Source: Pseudomonadota bacterium (GTDB lineage Bacteria; Pseudomonadota; Alphaproteobacteria; Acetobacterales; Acetobacteraceae). Taken from it: a stretch of DNA of 64,000 nt. The translations under genes were made by a program, and so were the position numbers. This document shows positions 17,654 through 25,637 of this stretch, piece after piece. The stretch lies in NCBI GenBank assembly GCA_021805545.1, contig JAJZFB010000037.1, positions 21,191 through 85,190 on the forward strand, given 5' to 3'. Each line of letters begins with the position of its first letter. Positions within the stretch are counted from its first letter, which is position 1. Under the pieces are notes generated by a model, which saw nothing but the letters and a program-made list of their open reading frames with translations, had not been told where the DNA came from and searched no databases.

Positions 17654-17854
17654 CCCCCAGTTTACGTTAATAGATTACTTTTTTGTGTTTTTTAACGGAT
17701 TTGGCAAGATAAACAAGCCAATAAGATTACTGCATAAGCTCGCGAATGGCCGTGTGGCTGCCCGCATTCCTGGCCGTTTTTCGGGTCTGGCCTTTTATTC
17801 CAGCCGGGCCGGACTCAGCATCAAGCTCTCCCCCGCCCCGATTTTATCCCGTAT

Positions 17855-18340
17855 ATGAAGATCATGCCCGGCACTGATATTGCCGCCCAGCTTACGGCGG
17901 CGGAAACACTTTGCGCCAGAAATGGCGCGCAATTAACCGCCCTACGCCGTGAAGTGCTGGATTTGATCTTGCGCGCCCCGGCACCGGTTACGGCGTACCA
18001 GCTATTGGACCAGCTTAAATCCACCCGCAAATCGGCGGTGCCGCCCACCATTTACCGGGCGCTGGAGTTTCTTATACAAAACCAGCTGGTACACCGGATT
18101 GAACGTCTGAACGCCTTTGTGCCCTGTGCCGAGACCGACCACGCGCATATGGATGCGCAGTTCCTGATCTGCCGCAAATGCGGCGCGGTAGCGGAAATTG
18201 AGGACCAGGGCGTGTCCGCCGCGCTTGCGGCGGCGGCGGCGGCGAATGGTTTTACGCCGGGCCGGGCAATTGTGGAGCTTGACGGGCTCTGCGCCACATG
18301 CGCGCCGCCAGAAACAGCAAGGCCGCAAGTACACCGGTAA
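17855..18340 (+). CDS. zur: Fur-family metalloregulator, probably Zur
   Basis: 161 aa. Winged HTH (TAYQLLDQLK...PPTIYRALEFL) and two CxxC pairs (CRKCG, CATC). Adjacent to a Zn/Mn ABC transporter whose promoter carries a Zur-box-like palindrome. Confidence 0.7.
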   Translation: MKIMPGTDIAAQLTAAETLCARNGAQLTALRREVLDLILRAPAPVTAYQLLDQLKSTRKSAVPPTIYRALEFLIQNQLVHRIERLNAFVPCAETDHAHMDAQFLICRKCGAVAEIEDQGVSAALAAAAAANGFTPGRAIVELDGLCATCAPPETARPQVHR

Positions 18341-19049
18341 AAAACCCAGCCGGCCAGCCCGTGGCGGCCGAAAGGGCCAATGCGCTCCAGATAAGCGCCA
18401 CGGCCAGAACAACCGAGAGCATGAGCCCCGTGCGGGGGCTTGCCGCCAGCGTGCAGGCGGCGCCGGGCGGGCCGGTCATGAGGCTAAACACCAGCAGTGC
18501 GCCTGTAACAGGCAGCGCGAAAGAAGCCGTCAGGGCGAGGATGATGAGGAACAGCACATCCCCCTTGGCCCCTCCCGCGGTAAAATCAGGCGAAAGAGCG
18601 CCGAGCAGAAGCGGGCGGAAGAACATCAGCAAGGCCATGGGTACCAGCACGGCAAGCGCCAGGGCCGGCGGAATATCCGCCGGGCTACTGGCGAAAATTT
18701 GACCGAACAGCAGCCCATAAACGGCATTGGCATAGCGCCCGGAAAGGCTGAGGAACAGAGCGCCAAGCCCAAGCAGGGCAACCAGCGCCAGCGCCGTCGC
18801 GGCATCGCGCCGCTGGCCGCGCTTTAGCCAGAACAGCAACGCGACGCCCAACAAGGCCGCCACCAGCAACCCGGGCCATTGCGCCACGCCACACAAGGCC
18901 GCGGCGGCGGCGCCAGGGAAGGCCGCCATGGGCAGCGCGTGGGCGGCAAAACTCTCGCGCCGCAGCACCACGAAAAACCCGGTGAACCCAGCGGCGAATG
19001 CTACCAATGAGGCCACGATCCAGCCGCTCAGCAAATAGGACGCGAACAT
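18252..19049 (-). CDS. metal ABC transporter permease (TroD/ZnuB-like), second permease
   Basis: ATG 19049-19047 inside track ORF 18252..19154. Polytopic ABC-3 family pattern. Its 3' end overlaps the zur 3' end by 89 nt. Confidence 0.8.
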   Translation of the reverse strand: MFASYLLSGWIVASLVAFAAGFTGFFVVLRRESFAAHALPMAAFPGAAAAALCGVAQWPGLLVAALLGVALLFWLKRGQRRDAATALALVALLGLGALFLSLSGRYANAVYGLLFGQIFASSPADIPPALALAVLVPMALLMFFRPLLLGALSPDFTAGGAKGDVLFLIILALTASFALPVTGALLVFSLMTGPPGAACTLAASPRTGLMLSVVLAVALIWSALALSAATGWPAGFFTGVLAALLFLAARMWRRARQAPQLPGPA

Positions 19050-19050
19050 G

Positions 19051-19869
19051 CTAGCCCCTCCGCCAGGCGGCAATGATATAAGTGAGCAGCACGCACGCCG
19101 TGATGAAGAAGCTGACCGGCCAGACACGCCCTGGTGTCCAGCCGTAAGAGGCATAGGCCAGCGCCACCCCGGCCCAGGCGCAGGCTACACCCAGCAAAGC
19201 CGCCAGCGCCATGGCGGCGGGCGGGCGGCGCGTCAGGCGCAGCGCCGTGGCCGCGGGGCCAATAAGCAGAGCGGTGGAAAGAATTGCCCCCACACTCATG
19301 GCGGAAAGCGTGACAGATAAAGCCAGCATACCCAGGAACAGAACATCCAGAAGCCTTACCTTGGCGCCGCGCAGCGCGGCCAGTTCCTCACTCAGCGAGG
19401 CCAGCAGCAAGGGGCGGTAGAGGCAGGCGATGAGTAAAAGCCCGGCCAGCGCGCCACCCAGCGCCCAGGCTCCAGCCCCAGGCGGCGCGGCAAAGAGCGA
19501 GCCGAACATGATGGTAACCGCCGCCCCGGCCACGCCACGCTGGCTGACGGCGAAATGCAGCAGCAAGGCGGTGAGGCCCAGCCCGGCGCCCAGCATTATG
19601 CCCGCCACAAGGCTGCTATCAGCCCGGCGGCGCTGGCCAAGGCCCAAGCCGCCGAGCAGACTCAGGCCGAAAAACCCCGCCATGGGGCTGATGCCCAGCA
19701 GCAAGGCCAGCGCGCCCCCGGAGGAGCTGATATCGGCCAGCGCATGGCCGGCAAAAGACTGGCCGCGTAAAATGGTAAAAACACCGATAATGCCAGATAA
19801 TGCCGCCGCCGCGCCACCAATAAGCAGCGCGCTCTGCACCACGGTGCTCGCGAAAAACCCATCCAGCAT
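19051..19869 (-). CDS. metal ABC transporter permease (TroC/ZnuB-like), first permease
   Basis: 272 aa, polytopic, ABC-3 family pattern (FAGHALADISSSG...). Confidence 0.8.
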   Translation of the reverse strand: MLDGFFASTVVQSALLIGGAAAALSGIIGVFTILRGQSFAGHALADISSSGGALALLLGISPMAGFFGLSLLGGLGLGQRRRADSSLVAGIMLGAGLGLTALLLHFAVSQRGVAGAAVTIMFGSLFAAPPGAGAWALGGALAGLLLIACLYRPLLLASLSEELAALRGAKVRLLDVLFLGMLALSVTLSAMSVGAILSTALLIGPAATALRLTRRPPAAMALAALLGVACAWAGVALAYASYGWTPGRVWPVSFFITACVLLTYIIAAWRRG

Positions 19870-20642
19870 CAGGGTATGGCCACCACATGCTCGGGGCCGT
19901 GCGCCTGCACCCCGCGCTCGCCCGCCACCACGATAACGCGCCCATGCACGCGGATGACATCGATATGATAACCGTAGAGCGCGGAGAGCACCTCGGTCCG
20001 CACCACTTCTGCCACGGGCCCGCTCGCAGCGCGGCCATTGGCAAGGTACACCACATGGTCCATGGCGCCGAGCAGCGGGTTCATGTCATGCGCCGAAACG
20101 AGGATGGTGACGCCCCGCGCCGCCAGCTTACGTAAGAGCGCAACAATTTCCGCTGCCGCGCGCAAATCGAGATTGGCGAGCGGCTCGTCGAGCAGCAGCA
20201 GGCGCGGATCTCCGGCCAGCGCATGGGCAATGAGCACACGGGCAAATTGTCCACCAGAAAGCTCGCCCACGCGCTGATTCGCGAAACCCAGCGCGCCGGT
20301 GGCGGCGAGAATTTCATCCACACGCTGGCGGCGCTTTGCCGATGGCAGCGGGAAAAAAAAGCGCGGCGAACTGAAGCCCAGCTCCACCAAATCGCGCGCG
20401 CGCACCGGCATGTCGGCGGCAATTTGCAATTTTTGCGGCACATAACCGGCCGTTTGCGGCCGCTCCACACGCCCCGCCGCCTGGCGCTGGAAGCCGAGGA
20501 TGGTGCGCAGCAAAGTGGTTTTGCCAGAGCCATTGCCACCGATAAGGCCGCAAAACGCGCCGGGCGCGAGGCTGAACGAAACTTCGCGCAGCACATCGCG
20601 CCCCCCAAGGCGCACCGTAAGGCCGGAGACGGCCAGGCTCAT
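19869..20642 (-). CDS. metal ABC transporter ATP-binding protein (ZnuC/TroB-like)
   Basis: ATG 20642-20640 (ATGA overlap with the SBP stop). Walker A GGNGSGKTT, LSGGQ signature, Walker B LLLLDEP. Confidence 0.85.
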   Translation of the reverse strand: MSLAVSGLTVRLGGRDVLREVSFSLAPGAFCGLIGGNGSGKTTLLRTILGFQRQAAGRVERPQTAGYVPQKLQIAADMPVRARDLVELGFSSPRFFFPLPSAKRRQRVDEILAATGALGFANQRVGELSGGQFARVLIAHALAGDPRLLLLDEPLANLDLRAAAEIVALLRKLAARGVTILVSAHDMNPLLGAMDHVVYLANGRAASGPVAEVVRTEVLSALYGYHIDVIRVHGRVIVVAGERGVQAHGPEHVVAIP

Positions 20643-21514
20643 TGCCGCGCGGCCAGCGCTTGGGCGAGGGCACGCGTGGTCTGCAGCATCCAATTCTGAT
20701 AGGTTTTGGCGCTGGGGGGCATCAGCTCATACACCCCCAGCACGGGCAAGCCAGCCTTATGGGCAATGGCCCGAAAACTGGTGGTAAGCGCATCCGTGAC
20801 CTGCTGGTTATAAACAAAAACACGCACCTTGCCGGTGGAAAGCAAGGCCTGTTGCGCGCTTACGTCCTGCGGGGCGGGATCGGTGCCGTTCATGACCGCC
20901 GCCTGCAAGCTAAATGGCGTGGCAATGGACAACCCTGCCGCCTGTAACAGGTAATCCGCCACCGGCTCGCTAACCGCCACCTTGGCACCCGCATAATGCG
21001 CCTTTATGCCGGCCAGCGCCTTGTTCCACGGTGTAAGCGAGGCCACGAACGCCTGTTCATTCCGCCAATAGGCGTTGGCATGGTCCGGATCCTTGGCCGC
21101 ATAGGCGGCGGCCACGGCGCGGGCCACGGCCGGCATGGTTGCGGGGCTGTACCAGAGATGCGGGTTAGGCGTGGAAGCAGGCAAATGCCGCACAGCCTGG
21201 GCCGAGATAACGGTGGCCTTGCCCCCCGCGAGCAGCTTATCCGCCCAGCTATCGTAGCCCAGCCCATTGGCAACAACCACATCCGCCCCGTGCAGCAGCC
21301 GGGCCACGCCCGGACTCAACTCGAACTCATGCGGATCGGCGTTGGGATTATCCTCGATGGCGCGCACCTCCACGTAGGGGCCGCCAATTTGCGCCATAAC
21401 ATTGGCGTACTGGCTTTCCAGCCCCACGGCATGCAGTACAATCTGACTTTTGGCCTGCGCCACGCCAGCGCTAAACGCCAGCAACACACCATAAAGCAAA
21501 TACCGCACAAGCAC
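20639..21514 (-). CDS. metal (Zn/Mn) ABC transporter substrate-binding protein, cluster A-I/TroA-like
   Basis: 291 aa. Signal peptide ...AFSAGVAQA and NPNADPHEFELSP metal-ligand motif. The start may instead be the GTG at 21508, which is better spaced from GGAGG. Confidence 0.8.
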   Translation of the reverse strand: MLVRYLLYGVLLAFSAGVAQAKSQIVLHAVGLESQYANVMAQIGGPYVEVRAIEDNPNADPHEFELSPGVARLLHGADVVVANGLGYDSWADKLLAGGKATVISAQAVRHLPASTPNPHLWYSPATMPAVARAVAAAYAAKDPDHANAYWRNEQAFVASLTPWNKALAGIKAHYAGAKVAVSEPVADYLLQAAGLSIATPFSLQAAVMNGTDPAPQDVSAQQALLSTGKVRVFVYNQQVTDALTTSFRAIAHKAGLPVLGVYELMPPSAKTYQNWMLQTTRALAQALAARQ

Positions 21515-21532
21515 CCTCCGCCATTGCGGTGG

Positions 21533-21549
21533 ATGTTATATTATAACAT
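21533..21549. promoter_or_regulatory. candidate Zur box (17-nt perfect palindrome ATGTTATA-T-TATAACAT)
   Basis: Read directly, about 20 nt upstream of the transporter SBP start. AT-rich ATGTTAT/ATAACAT half-sites resemble Zur/Fur-family operators. Confidence 0.55.
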
Positions 21550-21567
21550 AGCAGGAAGGCAAGCGGG

Positions 21568-22212
21568 TCAGCCGCAAATGTTTTGCAGTACGGCCCGGCT
21601 GATAATTTCAATGCGCCGGGCCGCCAGCAGGCGGATGGCATGAACCCTCTGCAACTGGGCCAGGGTGCGCGAGACGGTTTCGATGGTCAGGCCGAGATAA
21701 TCGGCAATATCCTGGCGTGCCATGGGCAGCTCCACAACGCCAGCTTGCTTATGTGCCGAAATTTCCAGCAGAAAACCCGCCATGCGCTGCGCCGCACCGC
21801 CGCGGCCCAGGAGCTGGGCATGCGCCTGGGCGCGAGCCAGATGCTCCAGCGCAGAACTATAAAGATATTGCGCCTCTGACTCACCCGCGCCGCGGCGATG
21901 GCATGGGATGACGGCGCAATCCGTCACCGCCTCGGCCGTAAACCCATGAGTGGCGCCCGGCTCAAAGCCGAATACGTCCCCAGGCTTGTAAAAAGCATCG
22001 ATGTGGCGGCGGCCGTCCTGAGAAAAGCGGCACGTGCGGACCAGGCCGCTGACGACGCGATAATAGCAATTGGCGCCGTCCCCTTCCTCATACAACGTGC
22101 TGTCTTGGGAAAAATGCATGACCGGCTGAGCGCCCGGGAAAGAAACGAGCTGCGCGCGAGACACCGCGGCGGCAAAATGGCCTGATTGCACCTGAATATC
22201 TGCTGTGAGCAT
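21568..22212 (-). CDS. fixK: Crp/Fnr-family transcriptional regulator, FixK-like (no N-terminal Cys cluster)
   Basis: ATG 22212-22210 inside track ORF 21568..22320. cNMP-like beta-barrel (YYRVVSGLVRTCRFSQDGRRHIDAFYKPGDVFGFE) and C-terminal HTH (RQDIADYLGLTIETVSRTL). Lies downstream of fixLJ. Confidence 0.75.
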   Translation of the reverse strand: MLTADIQVQSGHFAAAVSRAQLVSFPGAQPVMHFSQDSTLYEEGDGANCYYRVVSGLVRTCRFSQDGRRHIDAFYKPGDVFGFEPGATHGFTAEAVTDCAVIPCHRRGAGESEAQYLYSSALEHLARAQAHAQLLGRGGAAQRMAGFLLEISAHKQAGVVELPMARQDIADYLGLTIETVSRTLAQLQRVHAIRLLAARRIEIISRAVLQNICG

Positions 22213-22282
22213 TTCAATTTCCCCTGCCGATGACGGGGCCAGTGCTACCGGGCCAGGCAAGGGGACGCTATCCGGTTTATTC

Positions 22283-22660
22283 CTACGTGGTTTCCCGTAG
22301 CAGCCCCGTAACGGCTTCAACCAATGCGCCGTCCATGATTGGCTTTTCCAGCAGCAGCCATATATCAGCCTCGCGCGCGCGCATCTTTAGGGCGGGGGTG
22401 GCGGCGCTGGTGAGCATGATCGAAGGAACCGCATGGTTCATGGCCCGCACCCGGCATAAAATCTCAAAACCATCCAGCCCAGGTAGATGGCACGCCAATA
22501 CCAGGCAGGCACAATCGGGCAATCTTGCATCGGCCAACAGCCCATCGCCATCACGATGCAGCCGCACATTCACCCCTTCCAACCGCAGCGCGAAGCCAAA
22601 TGCATCAAGCATCGCCGCGTCGTCATTCACCACCATCACCAGCGGCCCATTATCGCCCAT
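22283..22660 (-). CDS. single-domain receiver protein lacking the phospho-acceptor Asp (FixT-like pseudo-receiver)
   Basis: ATG 22660-22658. VMVVNDD acidic pocket, T (MLTSA) and K (LLEKP) are conserved. A gap-free alignment with the FixJ of this window puts Ala where the phospho-Asp sits ([11 protein letters not shown] versus LACHLPGLDG). Four Cys fall in 24 residues (DCACLVLACH...ILCRV). Confidence 0.65.
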   Translation of the reverse strand: MGDNGPLVMVVNDDAAMLDAFGFALRLEGVNVRLHRDGDGLLADARLPDCACLVLACHLPGLDGFEILCRVRAMNHAVPSIMLTSAATPALKMRAREADIWLLLEKPIMDGALVEAVTGLLRETT

Positions 22661-22690
22661 CAAAACACCCTTGCCCCACAAAGACCGCGC

Positions 22691-22958
22691 TTAGAGCCGA
22701 TGATTTTAGACCGGATCATGTTGTGATCCGGTCTAAAATCTGAATCCGGCTCTAAATCAATAAAATAGAGCGCGATTCAGACGTTCGAATCGCTCGCAAA
22801 GCGAGCGCATCTCAAGTCACCGCGTTCTAGTGTACCGGTTCTGAAATCCGTTGGATTTCAGAACCATGGTGGACACTAGAAAAATCAATAAGCTAGTGTG
22901 ATTCAGCTTCTGAAATTCGCGATATTTCATATCACGAATTTCAGAGCCATCACACTAG
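22691..22958. repeat. mosaic repeat locus 3: modules C (22691-22755) + B (22766-22830) + A1 (22827-22879) + A2 (22893-22958)
   Basis: All four modules are contiguous. B and A1 share one CTAG. A1 carries a 4-nt insertion in its right arm. The A2-A1 pair here is the reverse complement of the pair at 14420-14547. Confidence 0.9.
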
Positions 22959-22979
22959 CAGGAAAGAGGCTGGCGTGCT

Positions 22980-22993
22980 TTGATCTGAGACAA
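22980..22993. promoter_or_regulatory. weak FixK/FNR-type box (TTGAT-CTGA-GACAA)
   Basis: 8 of 10 match to TTGAT-N4-ATCAA. Located between the fixJ stop and the mosaic repeat. Confidence 0.25.
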
Positions 22994-23080
22994 ATCCCGC
23001 ACCGCGCGGTTTTGAAAATTTGCCCGTTTTGCCTGCATGGATGTTATGTTTGTACAAGCTCAACGTGTGCAAGGCATAAG

Positions 23081-23695
23081 CTAAATACCCGGCGCGCGGC
23101 TGAGCAGAACCATACGGACCAGCTCCGGCAGGCTGGAAGCCCCCATCTTCGCCATCAAATTGGCGCGGTGCACCTCCACCGTACGGGCGCTGATTTTAAG
23201 GTCATAGGCAATCGTTTTATTGGGTAGACCGGCAATGAGTCCGTCCAGCACCTCGCGTTCACGCGGGGTTAAGGCTCGCAGCTTGCTTTGTACCGCGCTC
23301 ACCGCGCCGTTTTGTTCCGTATCACGGGAAAAACGCTTGCAAGCCTCGTGGATGGCATTGAGAATCGCCGTATCCGAAAACGGTTTCTCGATAAAATCCA
23401 CAGCGCCCGCCTTCATCGCCTCCACCGCCAATTGCACATCGCCATGGCCGGTCATGACAATGACGGGCAGGGCAATGCGCCGCGCCGCCAGCTCACGTTG
23501 CAGGTCCAGTCCACTCATGCCCGGCATGCGCACATCAGTCAGCACGCAGCCGGGCTGCAGGGCGGAAAGCGAGCGCAGAAAGCTGGCGGCGGAATCGTAA
23601 AGCCGCACTGCCAGCCCCGAAGAGGAAAGCAGGAAGGCGAGCGATTGCCGCACCGCCTCGTCATCATCGATGACGTGCACAACCGGATCAGCCAT
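23081..23695 (-). CDS. fixJ: response regulator FixJ (REC + LuxR-type HTH)
   Basis: ATG 23695-23693 gives [23 protein letters not shown]...[13 protein letters not shown]...[40 protein letters not shown]. Overlaps the fixL stop by 8 nt. Confidence 0.85.
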   Translation of the reverse strand: MADPVVHVIDDDEAVRQSLAFLLSSSGLAVRLYDSAASFLRSLSALQPGCVLTDVRMPGMSGLDLQRELAARRIALPVIVMTGHGDVQLAVEAMKAGAVDFIEKPFSDTAILNAIHEACKRFSRDTEQNGAVSAVQSKLRALTPREREVLDGLIAGLPNKTIAYDLKISARTVEVHRANLMAKMGASSLPELVRMVLLSRAPGI

Positions 23696-24857
23696 GGCCC
23701 GCCCCCGCCGCGCGCAAGGTAAAAGAAAAAATAGTACCCCCCGCGCGGTTCGGCTCAGCCCAGAGCTTACCGCCATGCGCCTCGATAATGGTGCGCGAGA
23801 CGGACAGGCCCACACCCATGCCATGCGCCTTGGAACTGACGAAGGGGCGAAAAAGCTGGCTCAAAATATCCGGGGCGATGCCGCTGCCCGTATCGGCAAC
23901 GCTAACCCGGATCTGGCCGCCCGGCCCGTGCCCCGTCGCGATGGTGAGCTCGCGCCGCTCGCTCCCGGCCATGGCCTCCAGCGCGTTACGGATGAGGTTG
24001 AGCAGCACCTGCTGCACCTGCACCTTATCGGCAATGACGGGCGGGCAATCGGGGTCGAATTCAAACGTCACGCGCACCGCGCTCTCACGCGCGCCAATAA
24101 GCGCCAGCGCGCTGGCTTCCTCGACCAGCTTGGCGAGGCTTTCGGGCCGCCGCTCCGTCTCGCCCCGGGCGACGAATTCGCGCAAATGGCGGATGATCTG
24201 CCCGGCGCGCAAGGCTTGTTCGGCGGCACGCTCCACGCCGTCGCGCAGCATCGCCAAATCCGCCTGCTGGCCGCGCTCCAGCAGGCGGCGGCAACCATTG
24301 AGGTAGGTGGCAACGGCGGTAAGCGGCTGGTTAAGCTCGTGGGCCAGGGTAGAGGCCATCTCGCCCATGGCGGTGAAGCGCGACATATGGGCCAATTCCA
24401 TCTGCAGCTCATGCAGGCGGGCCTGGGTCTCCTGGCGCTCGGTCAGGTCGCGCACAAAGCCGGTAAAGGCGCGGCGGGCGGAATAGGGAGTCTCGCCAAT
24501 ATAAAGCTCCATGGGGAACGTGGAGCCATCCCGGCGCTGGCCAATAACGACACGCGACGAACCAATAATGCGCCTCTCGCCCGTGGCAAGGTAGCGGGCC
24601 AGATAGGAATCGTGCTGCTCGCGATAAGGCGAGGGCATGAGGAGGCTGACATTTTGCCCCTTCACCTCGGCGGCTTGGTACCCAAACAGCCTTTCCGCCG
24701 CGTTGCTGAAAGATTCGATGACGCCCTGCGCGTCGATCACGATCATCGCATCAGGCACGGTATCCAGAATGGATTGCAGATGTGCCTCACGCTCCGCCAG
24801 GGCGGCCCAGGCCGCGCCATCATGGGCGGCACCCATCTCGCTGTCGTTCCGCATCAC
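23688..24857 (-). CDS. fixL: oxygen-sensor histidine kinase FixL (soluble; heme-PAS + HisKA + HATPase)
   Basis: 389 aa. The PAS domain has the FixL heme pocket [45 protein letters not shown]-box [11 protein letters not shown] boxes. No TM segment. Confidence 0.85.
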   Translation of the reverse strand: MMRNDSEMGAAHDGAAWAALAEREAHLQSILDTVPDAMIVIDAQGVIESFSNAAERLFGYQAAEVKGQNVSLLMPSPYREQHDSYLARYLATGERRIIGSSRVVIGQRRDGSTFPMELYIGETPYSARRAFTGFVRDLTERQETQARLHELQMELAHMSRFTAMGEMASTLAHELNQPLTAVATYLNGCRRLLERGQQADLAMLRDGVERAAEQALRAGQIIRHLREFVARGETERRPESLAKLVEEASALALIGARESAVRVTFEFDPDCPPVIADKVQVQQVLLNLIRNALEAMAGSERRELTIATGHGPGGQIRVSVADTGSGIAPDILSQLFRPFVSSKAHGMGVGLSVSRTIIEAHGGKLWAEPNRAGGTIFSFTLRAAGAGHG

Positions 24858-24932
24858 CCCACGCAGCTCTTATTATCAACAGGTTGTAATATGCGCTTTA
24901 GCGGGTCCACTGCCAAGGGGCATGCCAGGCCG

Positions 24933-25637
24933 TCACGGCTGAAGATAAGCCAGGAAGCGGCGCTCCGCCCGGCGGAAGCCAAAAATAAGGGCAAAGGAAA
25001 TGCAGAGATAGAGCAAGGCCGCCAAGGTAAAAGCGTCAAACGGGTCATACGTGGCGGAATAGGCATCATTGGCCACTTTCAGCAGGTCTGGCACCGTTGC
25101 GGTAAAGGCGAGCGTGGTGGCATGCAGCATGAGGATGACCTCGTTGCTGTAAACCGGCAGGGCGCGGCGCAGGGCGGAGGGAATGATGATGCGCCGGTAC
25201 ATGGTGAAGCGCGACATGCCCATGGCAAGGGCCGCATCCACCTCGCCATGCGAGGTTTCGCGGATGGCGCCGGCAAAAATCTCTGTGGTGTAAGCCCCGG
25301 TATTAAGCAGGAAGGACAGCACCGTGCAGTTTATGGCCTGGCGGAAAAAATCATTCAGCAGCACATGCTGATGCACGAAATTAAGCTGGTAGAGGCCGGA
25401 ATAAATAAGCAAAAGCTGCACATAAAGCGGCGTGCCGCGAAAGATGAAGGTAAAGAGCCAGACGGGAAAGCGGATGATCCGGCTGCGCGCATTACGGGCA
25501 ATGGCCAGCGGCAGAGCGAGGCAGAAACCCATGCCGCAGGACAGCACGAGCAGCCACAGGGTCATGGCCGTGCCGGAAACATTATAGCCATCCCAGCACA
25601 GATAGGCCAAGCCGTATTGCTTGATGATCTCGATCAT
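24933..25637 (-). CDS. hisM: basic amino acid ABC transporter permease (HisM-like)
   Basis: 234 aa, polytopic, EAA-type loop (EVDAALAMGMSRFTMYRRIIIPSALRRALP). Confidence 0.8.
   Translation of the reverse strand: MIEIIKQYGLAYLCWDGYNVSGTAMTLWLLVLSCGMGFCLALPLAIARNARSRIIRFPVWLFTFIFRGTPLYVQLLLIYSGLYQLNFVHQHVLLNDFFRQAINCTVLSFLLNTGAYTTEIFAGAIRETSHGEVDAALAMGMSRFTMYRRIIIPSALRRALPVYSNEVILMLHATTLAFTATVPDLLKVANDAYSATYDPFDAFTLAALLYLCISFALIFGFRRAERRFLAYLQP

Noticed and set aside
22691-22958. The repeats as a CRISPR array
   Set aside because: The units are different palindromic modules rather than one direct repeat. There is no regular spacer periodicity, no cas genes are present, and copies are scattered singly between genes.
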